DNA of 56,675 nt, counting the filler, from Asterionella formosa (taxonomy: Eukaryota), in the NCBI GenBank assembly GCA_002256025.1. It is 5 parts of 5 records of this genome, joined end to end, with 100 filler letters (N's around TTAATTAATTAA, not from the genome) between each part and the next. Parts side by side here need not be neighbours in the genome. Positions count along the whole stretch, not along the records: positions 45,427 to 56,675 come from NKIB01008680.1; 4 more parts are not named here. One strand, 5' to 3'. The translations under genes were made by a program, and so were the position numbers. The notes beneath the pieces were generated by a model. It did no database searches, was not told the origin of the DNA, and saw only the letters and a list, made by a program, of their open reading frames with translations. The first letter of the stretch is position 1; each line of letters begins with the position of its first letter. This document shows positions 55,513-56,675 of this stretch, piece by piece.

Positions 55513-56675
55513 GTGCAAGTAACCCTTGCAGGCCAGGAGTACCGTCCAATTAACGGAGACATCCAGCTTCGTAAGAAGACTGTGATGGAAACCTGGAAAA
55601 CAGTGCATGAGAGCTTCCCAGGGTGCAGCTCTCATCGCGAAATCACACAGCAATCTTTGCTTGAAGATTTTCGTCCCCAAATGACGACTCCAATTGAGCA
55701 TCAACAACAAACTCAAACTCCCAATATCGGTGAAGATATTTTAATGATGCAAATGAATGTATCCAACGTTGGCATTCAAAATGAAAGTCTTAAAAGGCTT
55801 TCAAACTTTGCTACGAATGAGAAAAATCATGTTGCTATTGCTGCAACAGGAGGCATTGATGCCATACTATTGGCTATGCAAAGGCATGCGTCAAATGCAG
55901 ATGTTCAAGAAAATGGTTGTGTAGCACTTTTGAACTTGTCTGTGAATGGCAACAACAAGGTGGCGATTGCTGCAGCAGGAGGTATTGATGCCATTCTTTT
56001 GGCTACGCAAAGTCATGTATCCAATGCGTATGTTCAAGAAAATGGTTGTGGGGCACTCATTAATTTGGCTACAAATGAAAACAACCAGGCGTTGATTGCT
56101 GCAGCAGGAGGCATGGATGCGATTCTATTGGCAATGCAAAACCATGTGTCCAATGCTTATGTTCAAAAAATGGTTGTGGAGTGCTTCGGAACATGGCTAA
56201 GAATGGTAACAACCGGGTGTTGATTTCTGGAGCAGGATGCAATGATGCCATTCTATTGGCAATGCAAAGTCATGTATCCAATGCTTTAATTCAAGAAAAT
56301 GGTTGTGTAGCGCTTTGGAACTTGGCTGAGAATGACAAGAACAATTTTCTGATTGCTGCAGCAGGAGGTATTGATGCCATTATATTGGCTATGCGTAGCC
56401 ATCTGTTCAATGCTGATTTGCAAAAATATGGTTGTGGAGCACTTATGAACTTATCAGCAAATAGCAACAACCAGGTGTTGATTGCTGGAGCAGGAGGTAT
56501 TGATGCCATTCTATTGGCTATGCAAAGTCATGTGTCCAATGATGATGTTCAAAAGTATGGTTGTGGTGCACTTGGAAACTTGGCCATGAATGGCAACAAC
56601 AAGGTGGTGATTGTTGCAGCAAAGAGGTATTGATGCCATTCTATTGGCTGTGCGTAGCCATGTGTCCAATGCAGA
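55513..56675 (+). pseudogene. Armadillo-repeat gene (43-aa/129-nt units), two frameshifts, runs off the window; start uncertain
   Basis: Repeats IAAAGGIDAILLAMQSHVSNAxVQENGCxALxNLA, with a 1-nt loss at about 56167 and a 1-nt gain at about 56621 relative to sister repeats. Confidence 0.8.

Overview
Eukaryotic nuclear DNA, most likely from a (pennate) diatom. This is inferred from several proteins with a signal peptide followed by an ASAFAP-like plastid-targeting motif, short GT-AG introns, TTAGGG telomeric repeats, CoDi-type Ty1/copia and diatom-type Ty3/gypsy elements, and a PGA-motif membrane LRR protein. The window is not one locus. It is five contigs of about 11.25 kb (1-11261, 11362-22625, 22726-33976, 34077-45326, 45427-56675) joined by artificial 100-nt N44-TTAATTAATTAA-N44 spacers, so adjacency across spacers means nothing. 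Host genes: an NADP-dependent MDR oxidoreductase, a BAHD-type acyltransferase, a 3-exon plastid-targeted Cys-rich protein only partly seen by the ORF track, an HCF173-like NAD(P)-binding/CIA30 protein, a DnaJ protein, an LRR membrane protein with an inverted pseudogene, a SAM methyltransferase, a Cys-rich membrane protein, an RVxF-like small protein, presenilin, a CDGSH (NEET) protein and a frameshifted armadillo-repeat gene. Mobile DNA: three pieces of one gypsy family, a near-complete C-rich copia, an old copia relic, a TIR element with a TTAA flank, probable Crypton-like tyrosine-recombinase pieces and a tRNA-headed SINE-like family. The most notable observations are both gypsy LTR-host junctions lying in (GGTACCT)n arrays that also recur upstream of genes, the SINE-like family with an expanded tRNA-like relative, and hypervariable LRR repeats. 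All family calls come from motif recognition; no database search was run.
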